DNA of 64,000 bases, taken from assembly GCA_048887225.1 (NCBI GenBank), contig JBHLJY010000001.1, positions 160,001 to 224,000 of the forward strand, read 5' to 3'. The position numbers and the translations under genes were made by a program. Below the pieces are notes generated by a model, which had not been told where the DNA came from, made no database searches, and was given only the letters and a program-made list of their open reading frames with translations. Of the stretch, positions 47,844 through 57,350 are shown piece by piece; positions within the stretch are counted from its first letter, which is position 1, and every line of letters begins with the position of its first letter. Source of the stretch: Candidatus Hodarchaeota archaeon (GTDB lineage: Archaea; Asgardarchaeota; Lokiarchaeia; Sigyniarchaeales; SOKP01).

Positions 47844-49298
47844 ATGAGTGATTTGTTGTGTGTGTTTGATTGTGGGACGACCGGAACAAGGACAGTTATT
47901 TTTGATATTAACGGAAAAGAAATTGCGAGATCTTATGAAGAATATCCAGTTGTTAAGCAACCTGTAGGCATTTCAGAACAAGATCCTATAATTTGGTGGA
48001 ATGCAATTAAGAACACATGTAATGAAGTGGTAAAGAAAATAAATATTAATAACGTGATAGGAATATGTGCCGATTTTCATCGAGCAACTGCGACTATCAT
48101 TGATAAAAATGGAGAAGTATTGCATCCTGCATTAAGTTGGATGGATGAGAGGGAACTAGCTCTCGAGGAAGAAGAAGGATTAAGGTTGTCTGTTCCCAAG
48201 ATCCTATGGTTTAAAAACGAAAAACCCGATTTGTTTAGTAAAATCTATAAAATAATATTTCCGGATACATATGTTTATATGAAATTATGTGGAGATGACG
48301 TATGTGTTTCAGAACCTACAAATGGGATATATGGAATTATGAATATGAATACTTTAGATTGGGATGTAAATCTTGCTAATAAGTTTGATTTGCCAGTAGA
48401 TTTATGGCCTGAACTTCGGACTCCTGGGGATATTATTGGCGAATTGTCTAGTGAAGCTGCGGGAGAACTTGGATTAAAAAGAAGTGTCCCAGTAATATTA
48501 GGAGGAGGTGATCAACAATGTGCGGCACTAGGTATGGGAGTAATTAATCAAGGTCAAGCCAAAGTAACTATAGGGACGGGAACTTTTGTAGATTATGTTA
48601 CGGGTGATGAACCAGCTAAACCAGCAGGCGATGTTCCAATTTTTCCTATACCCCATGTTATAAAAGGGAAATGGTTAATTGAGGGGGGCATGCCAGGTAC
48701 GGGAACAGCATTGAAATGGTTTAAGGATAATTTTTCACAATTACAAGCTAAAGAATCTGAAGAAAAAAATCTTGATGTTTATGATATTTTAAGTAAGGAA
48801 GCAGAAGAAATCCCTCCGGGAAGTGAAGGTTTATTGTTTGTACCATTATATATGTTTAGAAAAGGGACTATCCATGGTTTGGGATGGAATCACACCAGAG
48901 CGCATATGATCCGTTCTATAATGGAATCAGCAGCATTAAGCGCACAAGTGTATTTAGGAATGCTTGAAGCCATCGGGCGTGCCAAAACGACCGAAATTAA
49001 AGCAGACGGAGGAGCAATGAATAGTAATTTATGGGCGCAGATTCTTGCGGATATTATGTCTAAAAAAATTATTATCCCTGAAAATAAAGATGGAGCCGCT
49101 TTGGGTGCTGCAATTTTAGGATTTTACGGATGTAAGAAATATAGTAGTATTGATGGCGCAATAGAAAAAATGGTTAGGTTTGAAAAAGAATTTGTACCAC
49201 TTAAATCAAACGTAAAAGTTTATAAAAAACTTAACAGAATATTTATGCCAACTCTATTGAATTTGTACGAAAAGAAACGAGTTACAAAAGATCTTTAA
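47844..49298 (+). CDS. FGGY family carbohydrate kinase (xylulokinase/glycerol kinase-like)
   Basis: FDCGTTG, EQDP..WW, SWMDER, GGGDQQCA, GTG, DGG, AALGAA; ATG 47844 (track uses GTG 47835). Confidence 0.92.
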   Translation: MSDLLCVFDCGTTGTRTVIFDINGKEIARSYEEYPVVKQPVGISEQDPIIWWNAIKNTCNEVVKKININNVIGICADFHRATATIIDKNGEVLHPALSWMDERELALEEEEGLRLSVPKILWFKNEKPDLFSKIYKIIFPDTYVYMKLCGDDVCVSEPTNGIYGIMNMNTLDWDVNLANKFDLPVDLWPELRTPGDIIGELSSEAAGELGLKRSVPVILGGGDQQCAALGMGVINQGQAKVTIGTGTFVDYVTGDEPAKPAGDVPIFPIPHVIKGKWLIEGGMPGTGTALKWFKDNFSQLQAKESEEKNLDVYDILSKEAEEIPPGSEGLLFVPLYMFRKGTIHGLGWNHTRAHMIRSIMESAALSAQVYLGMLEAIGRAKTTEIKADGGAMNSNLWAQILADIMSKKIIIPENKDGAALGAAILGFYGCKKYSSIDGAIEKMVRFEKEFVPLKSNVKVYKKLNRIFMPTLLNLYEKKRVTKDL

Positions 49299-49410
49299 AT
49301 CCTTTTTTTCTAATTTTTAAGCTATTAATTTATTTTTTTTTTATTTCGAAAAGTATTTTTTGAATATTTTATTGTAAAAATTATAAGTTAATATAATAAA
49401 ATTTTACACC

Positions 49411-50244
49411 ATGCCTTATTTTAGGAACGTTGAGGGTTACAATCTCTATTACGAGGAATGGAATCCCGATTCAAAGAATTGTACAATAATTCTACTCCAT
49501 GGTTTTGCTTCTTCTGCTTCATTTTTTAAAAAACAAATAAAAGTCTTAAAAACAGACTATAGAATAATCGCTTTTGACGCATTAGGGCATGGAAGAAGTG
49601 ACCATCCAAAAGATCTAAATCTAAACCTAAATAAAAATTTAAGATATGATATTATAAGGGATTTGGAGGATCTTCTTGAGTTTTTAACTGTAAAAGAAAA
49701 ATATGGAATTATAGGGCATTCACTTGTAGGAGGAATGATCGCCCAATTAATTTGTATGAACCATCCTAACGACATCAAGTTTCTTATATTATTAAATTCA
49801 GGCTATATAATGATTGACAATGTAATACGGAATATGTTTTATAATTTACTCCCTTATTTTATACGCATGAATTTTCTAGATGTCGTTGAAGATACAGTAG
49901 GAGATATCTTAGATAAGACTATTCCATACATTATAACGGCATTATCAAATTCTATTTATAATATAAAATTAACTAGAGAGGAATTGAATATGTATATAGA
50001 GGATCAAATCTTTAGGATGATTACAGAAATAAAAGATTACGATCCTTCCAGCATTAATTGTCCAACTCTCATCATTGGTGGAAGACTTGATAATTTCGCA
50101 CCAGAACAAATGTCTGAAGAATTACATAAAAAAATTTCTAATTCTCATTTAGAAATCATTGATATGGCAGGACATTTCGCGCCCGCTCAAAGATCAGACG
50201 TTATCAACGAGCTGATATGTAATTTTATTAAAAACTTAAAATGA
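49411..50244 (+). CDS. Alpha/beta hydrolase
   Basis: LLHGF, DALGHGRS, GHSLVGG, PTLIIGGRLD, AGHF. Confidence 0.9.
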   Translation: MPYFRNVEGYNLYYEEWNPDSKNCTIILLHGFASSASFFKKQIKVLKTDYRIIAFDALGHGRSDHPKDLNLNLNKNLRYDIIRDLEDLLEFLTVKEKYGIIGHSLVGGMIAQLICMNHPNDIKFLILLNSGYIMIDNVIRNMFYNLLPYFIRMNFLDVVEDTVGDILDKTIPYIITALSNSIYNIKLTREELNMYIEDQIFRMITEIKDYDPSSINCPTLIIGGRLDNFAPEQMSEELHKKISNSHLEIIDMAGHFAPAQRSDVINELICNFIKNLK

Positions 50245-50282
50245 ATATATCTTAGCTCAATTAGTCTCATCTCAATTTTATT

Positions 50283-50663
50283 ATGGAAAAGATATCCTTA
50301 AATAGTGATCTAAATACAACAATTTCGTATTTTAAAGAGAAGGTAAAAGAATTTGTTGAAGCACGTAATTGGTCAAAATATCATTCTCCCAAAAATCTCA
50401 TACAAGCAATTGGTATTGAAGTTGCGGAATTATCTGAATTGTTTTTATTTAAAGACTTTAAAATTGAAGATATTTTACGCAATGAAAAGTTTCTTGAAAG
50501 CATATCTGATGAGGTTGCAGATGTGTTTATTTATTTAATAAGCTTAGTAAATTGCTTAGATCTTGATATCACTCAAACATTTATAAAAAAAATGAAAAAA
50601 AATAACCAGAAATATTCTACTGAGGAATTTAACGACGGAAATTATCGTAAAAAGAATGAATAA
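50283..50663 (+). CDS. MazG-like nucleotide pyrophosphohydrolase (dCTP pyrophosphatase 1-like)
   Basis: RNWSKYHSPKNL, EVAELSE, DEVADVFIYL, KMKKN..KY. Confidence 0.9.
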   Translation: MEKISLNSDLNTTISYFKEKVKEFVEARNWSKYHSPKNLIQAIGIEVAELSELFLFKDFKIEDILRNEKFLESISDEVADVFIYLISLVNCLDLDITQTFIKKMKKNNQKYSTEEFNDGNYRKKNE

Positions 50664-50738
50664 TCCAATTTTTGTCCAAATTTATTATTAGAATATGAAT
50701 AAAAAGAGTTTTTATGTTTTTTTTCACTACTTTTAAAT

Positions 50739-51713
50739 ATGGATGTTGAAAAAATAATCAAAAAGCAATTAGATAAAACGATAAAAGAAACGGATATTTC
50801 TACCTTAGGGAAATTATACAGAGGAAAGGTTCGCGATAATTATATAAGCGATGATAAAAAAATTAGAATAATTATTGCAACTGATAGAATATCTTCCTTC
50901 GACAGAGTAATTACTACTATCCCGTTTAAAGGTCAGATGCTAAATCAAATTTCAGCCTTTTGGTTTGATAAAACAAAAAATTTGGTTAAAAATCATGTAA
51001 TTGAAGTGCCTGATCCTAATGTAACCATTGCTTATCAGTGTGAAACGATCCCAGTCGAAATTATAGTAAGAGCATACATCACAGGCACAATGTGGCGTAA
51101 TTATGTTAAAGGAGAATCTACTTCTGGAATCATCCTCCCTCAAGGTTTACAAAAGAATCAAAGATTAGATGATATCATAATTACCCCTTCTACTAAAGCT
51201 GAATCTGGACACGATATATATCTTTCAAGAGAACAAATAATAAATGATAAAATGGTCGATAAAGAGATCTACCTGCAAATGGAAGATGCCTCTATGAAAT
51301 TGTTTAAATATGGACAAGAGTTTTGTAAAAGAAATGGCCTTATTATGGTCGATACAAAATACGAATTTGGCTTGAAGGATGACGAATTAATTGTAATAGA
51401 TGAGATTCACACCCAAGATTCTTCGAGATTTTGGATCCTGGAATCCTATGATGATAAATTTAGTAATAATGAAGAACCTGAAATTTTAGATAAAGAAATT
51501 TTTAGAGGATGGCTTATGAAAACATATCCAGACATTTTCCCTAACATTAAACCTACGCAAGAGATACCACCAATTTCCGAAGAGATTAAAATAGAGCTGG
51601 CAAAAAGATATATGAAAAGTTACGAAAAAATTACTGGTAAGCAATTCAAACCTTTTGTTTCTGATGTTTACGATAGAATAAAAGAAAATTTGAAAAAAGC
51701 TAAATATTTATAG
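50739..51713 (+). CDS. purC: Phosphoribosylaminoimidazolesuccinocarboxamide synthase
   Basis: GKVRD, TDRISSFD, EIIVRAY, TPSTKA, DTKYEFG, DEIHT.DSSRFW. Confidence 0.96.
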   Translation: MDVEKIIKKQLDKTIKETDISTLGKLYRGKVRDNYISDDKKIRIIIATDRISSFDRVITTIPFKGQMLNQISAFWFDKTKNLVKNHVIEVPDPNVTIAYQCETIPVEIIVRAYITGTMWRNYVKGESTSGIILPQGLQKNQRLDDIIITPSTKAESGHDIYLSREQIINDKMVDKEIYLQMEDASMKLFKYGQEFCKRNGLIMVDTKYEFGLKDDELIVIDEIHTQDSSRFWILESYDDKFSNNEEPEILDKEIFRGWLMKTYPDIFPNIKPTQEIPPISEEIKIELAKRYMKSYEKITGKQFKPFVSDVYDRIKENLKKAKYL

Positions 51714-51750
51714 CAATATTTAAATAAGATTTTGTTGAATTTTCTTAATA

Positions 51751-51957
51751 ATGATTATTTTAATTTTATTGGTTCTTAATTTTACGTTATTTTTCGTTGC
51801 TTTCTTATTAATCTTATTTGATGTTTTAAAGGCCAAAAAGAAAAGTAAGGAAGGTTCAAAAAAAAAGGGCATAAGTAGATTAAGCGGATATAGTTATGCT
51901 ATGGGTATTTTAGCAATGTTAGTATTAATGTTTATTGGAGCCCTGTTAAGTGTTTAA
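51751..51957 (+). CDS. Small 2-TM membrane protein
   Basis: Two hydrophobic segments flanking a Lys-rich loop. Confidence 0.55.
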   Translation: MIILILLVLNFTLFFVAFLLILFDVLKAKKKSKEGSKKKGISRLSGYSYAMGILAMLVLMFIGALLSV

Positions 51958-52124
51958 ATCAATAGAATTGAACGGAAAAAAGAAAAAATTCATTTTATTT
52001 TTTTTATAAATCGTTTTAATGTAATTAGATTAATGCGTAAAATATTTTATCGGTCTTTATTTAGGGCAAATTATTTTTAAGTTAATAAGAATTATAATAA
52101 ATATATCTAACTTCTTAATTCATA

Positions 52125-52403
52125 ATGGATCGCCTAGAATATATTATAGAAGTTGTTCTTGAAAACAAACCAGCAGCAAGAGATCCAGTAGGGGAAACTA
52201 TACAGAAAGACCTATTAGCAAAGAAAGGTTATGATATGGTTTCAAATGTTCGAAGTGGACAATATTTAAGATTTTATCTTAAAGCTGAAAACGATCAAAA
52301 AGCTAAAGAGATTATTGAAGATTTATTGAATAAGCTAAGAATTTTTAACCCGGTTACTCAAAACTTTAAAATATTAAATCTAACAAAAGAAAATGGAAAT
52401 TAA
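52125..52403 (+). CDS. purS: FGAM synthase subunit PurS
   Basis: RDPVGETI, VRSG, NPV; directly upstream of purQ. Confidence 0.93.
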   Translation: MDRLEYIIEVVLENKPAARDPVGETIQKDLLAKKGYDMVSNVRSGQYLRFYLKAENDQKAKEIIEDLLNKLRIFNPVTQNFKILNLTKENGN

Positions 52404-52411
52404 GGGTAATT

Positions 52412-53122
52412 ATGGCTATTAAAATAGCAGTTATTCAATTTCCAGGTGCTAATTGTGATTTAGATACGTTACATGTGTTGAATAATGTAATTAATATTGA
52501 TGTGAATTTAATATGGCATAATCATTTCAAGGAAGCTAATTTTGATGGAGTCATCTTACCAGGAGGCTTTTCTTTTGGTGATTATTTAAGAGCGGGAATT
52601 ATTGCTGCTCATAGTCCTGCGATAGACGAGACAAGAGTAATGTTAAAGGATGGAAGGCCTATTATTGGTATTTGTAATGGTTTTCAGATATTAACTGAAG
52701 CCCAATTCCTTCCAGGTGCTTTGTTACAAAATGAATCACTTAAATTCATTTGTAAATGGGTTAATATTAAAGTAGAAAATAATGAAACTGCTTTTACAAG
52801 TAAGATGAATTTGGAAGATGTTCTTGACATACCTATTGCCCATGGGGAAGGAAGATATTTTACTGATAACTTAAAAGAATTAGAGGAAAATAACCAAATT
52901 GTATTTAGGTATGTTAATGAAAATGGAGATATAACAAAAAAAGCAAATCCAAATGGTTCTTTAGAAAACATAGCAGGAGTTTGCAATTTAGAGCAAAACT
53001 GTTTAGGATTGATGCCACATCCAGAACGGGCTTCTGAAGCTATTTTAAGTCCAAAAGGAACTGTACATGGAAAATTATTTTTTGAATCAATGATCGAATT
53101 CATAAAAAAGAGGAGATCTTAG
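52412..53122 (+). CDS. purQ: FGAM synthase subunit PurQ (glutaminase)
   Basis: FPGANCD, PGGFSFGD, GICNGFQ, AHGEG, MPHPER. Confidence 0.97.
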   Translation: MAIKIAVIQFPGANCDLDTLHVLNNVINIDVNLIWHNHFKEANFDGVILPGGFSFGDYLRAGIIAAHSPAIDETRVMLKDGRPIIGICNGFQILTEAQFLPGALLQNESLKFICKWVNIKVENNETAFTSKMNLEDVLDIPIAHGEGRYFTDNLKELEENNQIVFRYVNENGDITKKANPNGSLENIAGVCNLEQNCLGLMPHPERASEAILSPKGTVHGKLFFESMIEFIKKRRS

Positions 53123-55368
53123 TGCCAAAAGTAATGGTAAATGATAATGAATTGAATGTCAATATGACCAACGATGAGATAAAAAAAATTAAAAATATGT
53201 TAGATAGGGAACCTAATGTAACGGAACTAGGAATGTTTGATGTAATGTGGAGTGAACATTGTTCGTATAAATCATCACGTCCAAAATTGAAATTATTTGA
53301 AAACGCAGAAGAAAATTATGATTACGTATTAGCGGGACCAGGTCAAGATGCTGGAGTTATCAATATAGGAGATGGTTATTGCTTAGCATTTAGAATTGAG
53401 TCCCATAATCATCCATCGGCAATTGAACCTTATCATGGAGCGGCAACAGGAATTGGTGGAATAATCAGAGACATATTATGTATGGGAGTACGACCAATTG
53501 CGTTATTAGATCCTCTAAGGTTTGGACCTCTAAAAAAGAATCCACATTCTCAATGGTTATTCAAGTATGTTGTAAAAGGTATTGCTGATTATGGGAATTG
53601 TACAGGTATACCCACTATCGGAGGCGAAGTGGAATTCGACAAAAGTTTTGAAAGCAATTGTTTGGTTAATGTCGCTTGTATTGGGTTAGGAACAATAGAA
53701 GATTATAAACACGCACCAAGCAAAGCGTACAATCCTGGTGATTATGTAGTTCTTATGGGAGGCTCAACAGGAAGAGATGGAATTCATGGAGTGACATTTG
53801 CTTCACGGACTTTAACAGAAATGTCCGAGGCAGATAGGCCAGCTGTTCAAATTGGTGATCCATTCACTAAAAAAATGATAATTGAAGCCACCTTAGAAGC
53901 CGTAAAAACGGGATATGTTAGAGGGCTGAAAGATCTTGGTGGAGGCGGATTAACTTGTGCTGCAAGTGAATTAACTGGTGATGGAAATACTGGTGCTAGA
54001 ATAGATTTAAACAGTGTGTTTACCAGAGAACCTGGAATGAATTCTTTCGAAATAATGCTCTCCGAATCACAAGAAAGAATGGCATTTATAGTGAAACCTG
54101 AAGGATTAGAAGCTGTGTTAGATGTTTTTAGAAAATTTGAGATGAATTTCGCAGTAATAGGAAGAACAGACAATTCAAAAATTCTTAAAGTCTATGAGAC
54201 TGGTGAGATCGTGGTCAATTTACCTTCGAAAGCACTTTCAGAATCACCTACAATTCCTCGCGAAGAAAAACGACCTGGGTATCTAGAAAATTTGCTTTCA
54301 CAAAAAACTCCTGAACGATCGCTAAGCCTTGATGATATAATATATAAATTAATAGCTTCTGAAAATATTTGTAGTAAAGAATGGGTTTATAGACAATATG
54401 ATCATGAAGTTGGAGTGAGATCGATTATAAAATGTGGGGAAGGAGATTCTGGAGTTCTGCGAATAATAGGCACAAACAAATTTTTGGCCGCAAGCGTAGG
54501 TGTTAATTCAAAACATTGTTATCTTAATCCATATGAGGGTGCCAAAGGTGGATTAGTAGAGGTCTGTGGGAACGTAATAGCAAATGGAGCAAAACCTATG
54601 GCTATGGTTAATTGCTGTAATTTTGGAAACCCAGAAATCCCAGAATCGTTTTGGTATTTTTCTAAAGCTGTTGAAGGGATGAATGACTTTTGTAGAGCCC
54701 TACGAATTCCAATTGTAGGAGGAAATGTATCCTTTTATAACGAGGATGAGGTCAAGAAAACAGCTATTAAAGCAACGCCCATTATTATGATAGTTGGTCT
54801 AATTGAAGGTAAAGAGAACATTATAACTTTAGCATTTAAGAAAGCTGGAGATGACATTTTACTTATCGGAGAAACTAAAGCAGAATTGGGAGGATCTGAA
54901 TATCATTCTATAATTTACGATCTCGAAGGTGGAAAGCCTCCTAAAGTTGATGAGAAGATTATTAAAGCCACTTGGGATTTTCTCTTAAAACTATACAAAA
55001 ATGACTATGTAAAAGCTAGTCATGATGTAAACAAAGGCGGATTTATAATAACAATTGCTGAAATGTGTTTTAAAAATAAATTAGGGGCAAATTTAGATTT
55101 ATCCAATTGTTTTGACGATAATTTAAGAGATGATGAGATTTTATTCAGCGAATCTGTTGGAAGATTCGTAATAGAAACAGAACCAAAGGAATATGATAAA
55201 ATAATGGAAATTGCTAAGAATTTCAATGTTAAAATTAAGAAAGTAGGGCTTTTAATTTCTAATCCAGAAATTAATATTAAGGGTCTAAAGGGGAAAAAAT
55301 TTAAGTTGGATATTAAGAAAATGAAGGAACTGTATGAATCTACGATTCCAAGCCTTATGGAAGTATAA
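53122..55368 (+). CDS. purL: FGAM synthase subunit PurL
   Basis: WSEHCSYKSS, ESHNHPS, DLGGGGL, SESQER, GGNVSFYN; 1-nt overlap with purQ. Confidence 0.97.
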   Translation: MPKVMVNDNELNVNMTNDEIKKIKNMLDREPNVTELGMFDVMWSEHCSYKSSRPKLKLFENAEENYDYVLAGPGQDAGVINIGDGYCLAFRIESHNHPSAIEPYHGAATGIGGIIRDILCMGVRPIALLDPLRFGPLKKNPHSQWLFKYVVKGIADYGNCTGIPTIGGEVEFDKSFESNCLVNVACIGLGTIEDYKHAPSKAYNPGDYVVLMGGSTGRDGIHGVTFASRTLTEMSEADRPAVQIGDPFTKKMIIEATLEAVKTGYVRGLKDLGGGGLTCAASELTGDGNTGARIDLNSVFTREPGMNSFEIMLSESQERMAFIVKPEGLEAVLDVFRKFEMNFAVIGRTDNSKILKVYETGEIVVNLPSKALSESPTIPREEKRPGYLENLLSQKTPERSLSLDDIIYKLIASENICSKEWVYRQYDHEVGVRSIIKCGEGDSGVLRIIGTNKFLAASVGVNSKHCYLNPYEGAKGGLVEVCGNVIANGAKPMAMVNCCNFGNPEIPESFWYFSKAVEGMNDFCRALRIPIVGGNVSFYNEDEVKKTAIKATPIIMIVGLIEGKENIITLAFKKAGDDILLIGETKAELGGSEYHSIIYDLEGGKPPKVDEKIIKATWDFLLKLYKNDYVKASHDVNKGGFIITIAEMCFKNKLGANLDLSNCFDDNLRDDEILFSESVGRFVIETEPKEYDKIMEIAKNFNVKIKKVGLLISNPEINIKGLKGKKFKLDIKKMKELYESTIPSLMEV

Positions 55369-55553
55369 TAAAAATAACTCATAAATTATAATACATCTCT
55401 TAAAAAGGATAAAACAAAGGGTAGAGTAATACAATCAATAACCTAAAAGAAAAGAAATATTAGGGAATAACTTTATTATCAATATAAAGATTAATATAAA
55501 AGTTTTTATTATTCAAAATATATAAATAAGTTTCCATTTTTGATTGGTGATAT

Positions 55554-55745
55554 ATAATTCGCGCGAGAGCCTGTATCAAATGTCGAGAATATATTGTTAT
55601 CCATCCTAATAATGTCACTTATCAAGAGTTAGAAAGGGTTTTTGAAGGAAAACATAGAGGACATACCCTGATAACGCTAGATTTAGATGAAGTAAAAGGT
55701 AGCTACAGTAATTTTGCTGCAGAAATACCGAAAGAATCAGAATAA
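55554..55745 (+). CDS. Small putative Zn-finger protein (CxxC...HxxH), 63 codons, non-ATG start; not in ORF track
   Basis: (I)IRARACIKCREYIVIHPNN..FEGKHRGHTLITLDLDEVKG; TATA-like TATATAAA at ~55519, GGTGA at 55546-55550, T-rich tract after the stop. Confidence 0.7.
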   Translation: MIRARACIKCREYIVIHPNNVTYQELERVFEGKHRGHTLITLDLDEVKGSYSNFAAEIPKESE

Positions 55746-55981
55746 TCACCTTAAATAATTTGGTAATTTTTTATATTTTATACTTTTAATTATATTTAAT
55801 TTAAATTTTTTAAATTTCTATTTAAATCGAATTAGAAATTGCTTCTCTTAGAAAAGAATTTGATTGATTAAATTAATGTTACAAAAATTTTAGTTTTAAT
55901 TTTTTACTCATTTATTAAGGCCTTAAAAAATATTGAGTGTTCGATCTCCGATATATTTATATATGTTATATTTCTATATAT

Positions 55982-55993
55982 TATTGATCAATA
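55982..55993. promoter_or_regulatory. Perfect 12-bp palindrome TATTGATCAATA, candidate PadR operator
   Basis: Lies between a TTTATATA box (~55956) and the PadR start at 56032. Confidence 0.3.
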
Positions 55994-56031
55994 CAATAAT
56001 AAAAAACCGATAATTGAAGTGACTTTTTAGA

Positions 56032-56682
56032 ATGTTTTTCGGCAAAAGATTTAGTGGATATCATAGGGACAGATTATCAGGATTAGACATATTAGTACTT
56101 TCAATTATAAAAAATAATGATGGGATTTCTGGATACGAACTAATCCAAAAGATTAATAAAAAATTTAAAGACTTATGGAAAGCTTCAGCTGGTACGATTT
56201 ATCCATTATTAAGTCGTTTAGCAGAAAAAGCCTTTATAAGTGTGGAAGAGATTGTTGAAAATAATCGCCAAAAAAAAATTTATAAAATTATGGAAACAGG
56301 AAATTTAGCTCTTAAGAAAGTCTTAGAAAGTAATTTAGAGCCAAGTATCAATTGTCTTGGAGATTACATTAGGACTATTATAAAAGCATCAGTACCGAGT
56401 GAGAAAACTATTCAGAGAATGATGCATTGTTTTCCATTTCCAGGAATTCCTTTCGCAGAAGAAGTAAACGAAACGGATTATGGTAGAGATAATATTAACT
56501 CCATTAAAAGAACAATATCACATTTAAAACTCGCAAGACGTAGAATGAAAGATAGAATTAGTAATATCAACGAAAAGATTGAGAGGTTCTCTAAAATACT
56601 TGAAAAAATTGAAATTGAAAGAAATAAAAATGCTAAACCTATAGAAATTGTTGATAATGAGGATGATTTTGAGAATTTTTAA
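56032..56682 (+). CDS. PadR family transcription regulator with C-terminal coiled coil
   Basis: SGYELI, WKASAGTIYPLLSRL, KKIYKI..G. Confidence 0.92.
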   Translation: MFFGKRFSGYHRDRLSGLDILVLSIIKNNDGISGYELIQKINKKFKDLWKASAGTIYPLLSRLAEKAFISVEEIVENNRQKKIYKIMETGNLALKKVLESNLEPSINCLGDYIRTIIKASVPSEKTIQRMMHCFPFPGIPFAEEVNETDYGRDNINSIKRTISHLKLARRRMKDRISNINEKIERFSKILEKIEIERNKNAKPIEIVDNEDDFENF

Positions 56683-56738
56683 GATTTAAACAAAAAAATT
56701 ATACAAAATATTTGAAAAAAATATGGAGGTAAAGATAT

Positions 56739-57212
56739 ATGTGTTATGGAAAAGGTGTTAGTTCACATGCTAGGCATGGTTGTATGCCCTTTGGAGGAAA
56801 AGATTTTCATCAGTTAATGCATAAATTCGGTCGACATATGAAAGAATGTTTTGGCAGAATTGGGTCATGGGTACCGTATAATTTAGAGAAAACAGAAGGA
56901 GGCTATTTAATTACAGTACCATTGCCGGGCCGATCGATGGAAGATGTTAACGTCTCTTTAATAGGGAATTGCTTAAATGTTAAAGCTTCAAAACCTAAGA
57001 ATGTTAAAGAGCCTAAAGAGGAAAAAGAAAAGCAAGGAATTCCGTTTTTGAGACATTTTTTTTCTTTTATAGATGTTGATCTAGACATCGAATTACCTGC
57101 AGATGCAGATTTAGATTCTATTAAATCGATAATGACAAATGGGCTTTTAAAGGTAAAAATCGGAAGAAAACCTTCAAAAACAATTAATATCAACACTGAA
57201 GAAAACAACTAA
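56739..57212 (+). CDS. Small heat-shock protein (Hsp20/alpha-crystallin)
   Basis: LPG..EDVNV, IELP..D, NGLLKV, C-terminal INI (IxI) motif; GGAGG upstream. Confidence 0.88.
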   Translation: MCYGKGVSSHARHGCMPFGGKDFHQLMHKFGRHMKECFGRIGSWVPYNLEKTEGGYLITVPLPGRSMEDVNVSLIGNCLNVKASKPKNVKEPKEEKEKQGIPFLRHFFSFIDVDLDIELPADADLDSIKSIMTNGLLKVKIGRKPSKTININTEENN

Positions 57213-57330
57213 AAAAAATAAGGGGTAGTGCCTAGAAATTAGAAATCAAAAGAATCTGGTACTCAACAAAATTCTATTTTCCAAAGCACCACCAATAATT
57301 ATATTTTTTTTTTCTTTTTTATATTTTTTT
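57212..57330. terminator. Imperfect ~70-nt stem-loop flanked by A- and T-tracts between convergent genes (candidate bidirectional terminator / 3' UTR structure)
   Basis: GGTAGTGC (57224-57231) pairs with GCACCACC (57286-57293); inner TAGAAATTAGAA pairs with TTCTATTTTCCA. Confidence 0.4.
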
Positions 57331-57350
57331 TATTAATTTCTAATCAATAA

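Noticed and set aside
57224-57293. SECIS element / selenoprotein
   Set aside because: No AUGA..GA core seen in the stem and neither flanking gene has an in-frame TGA
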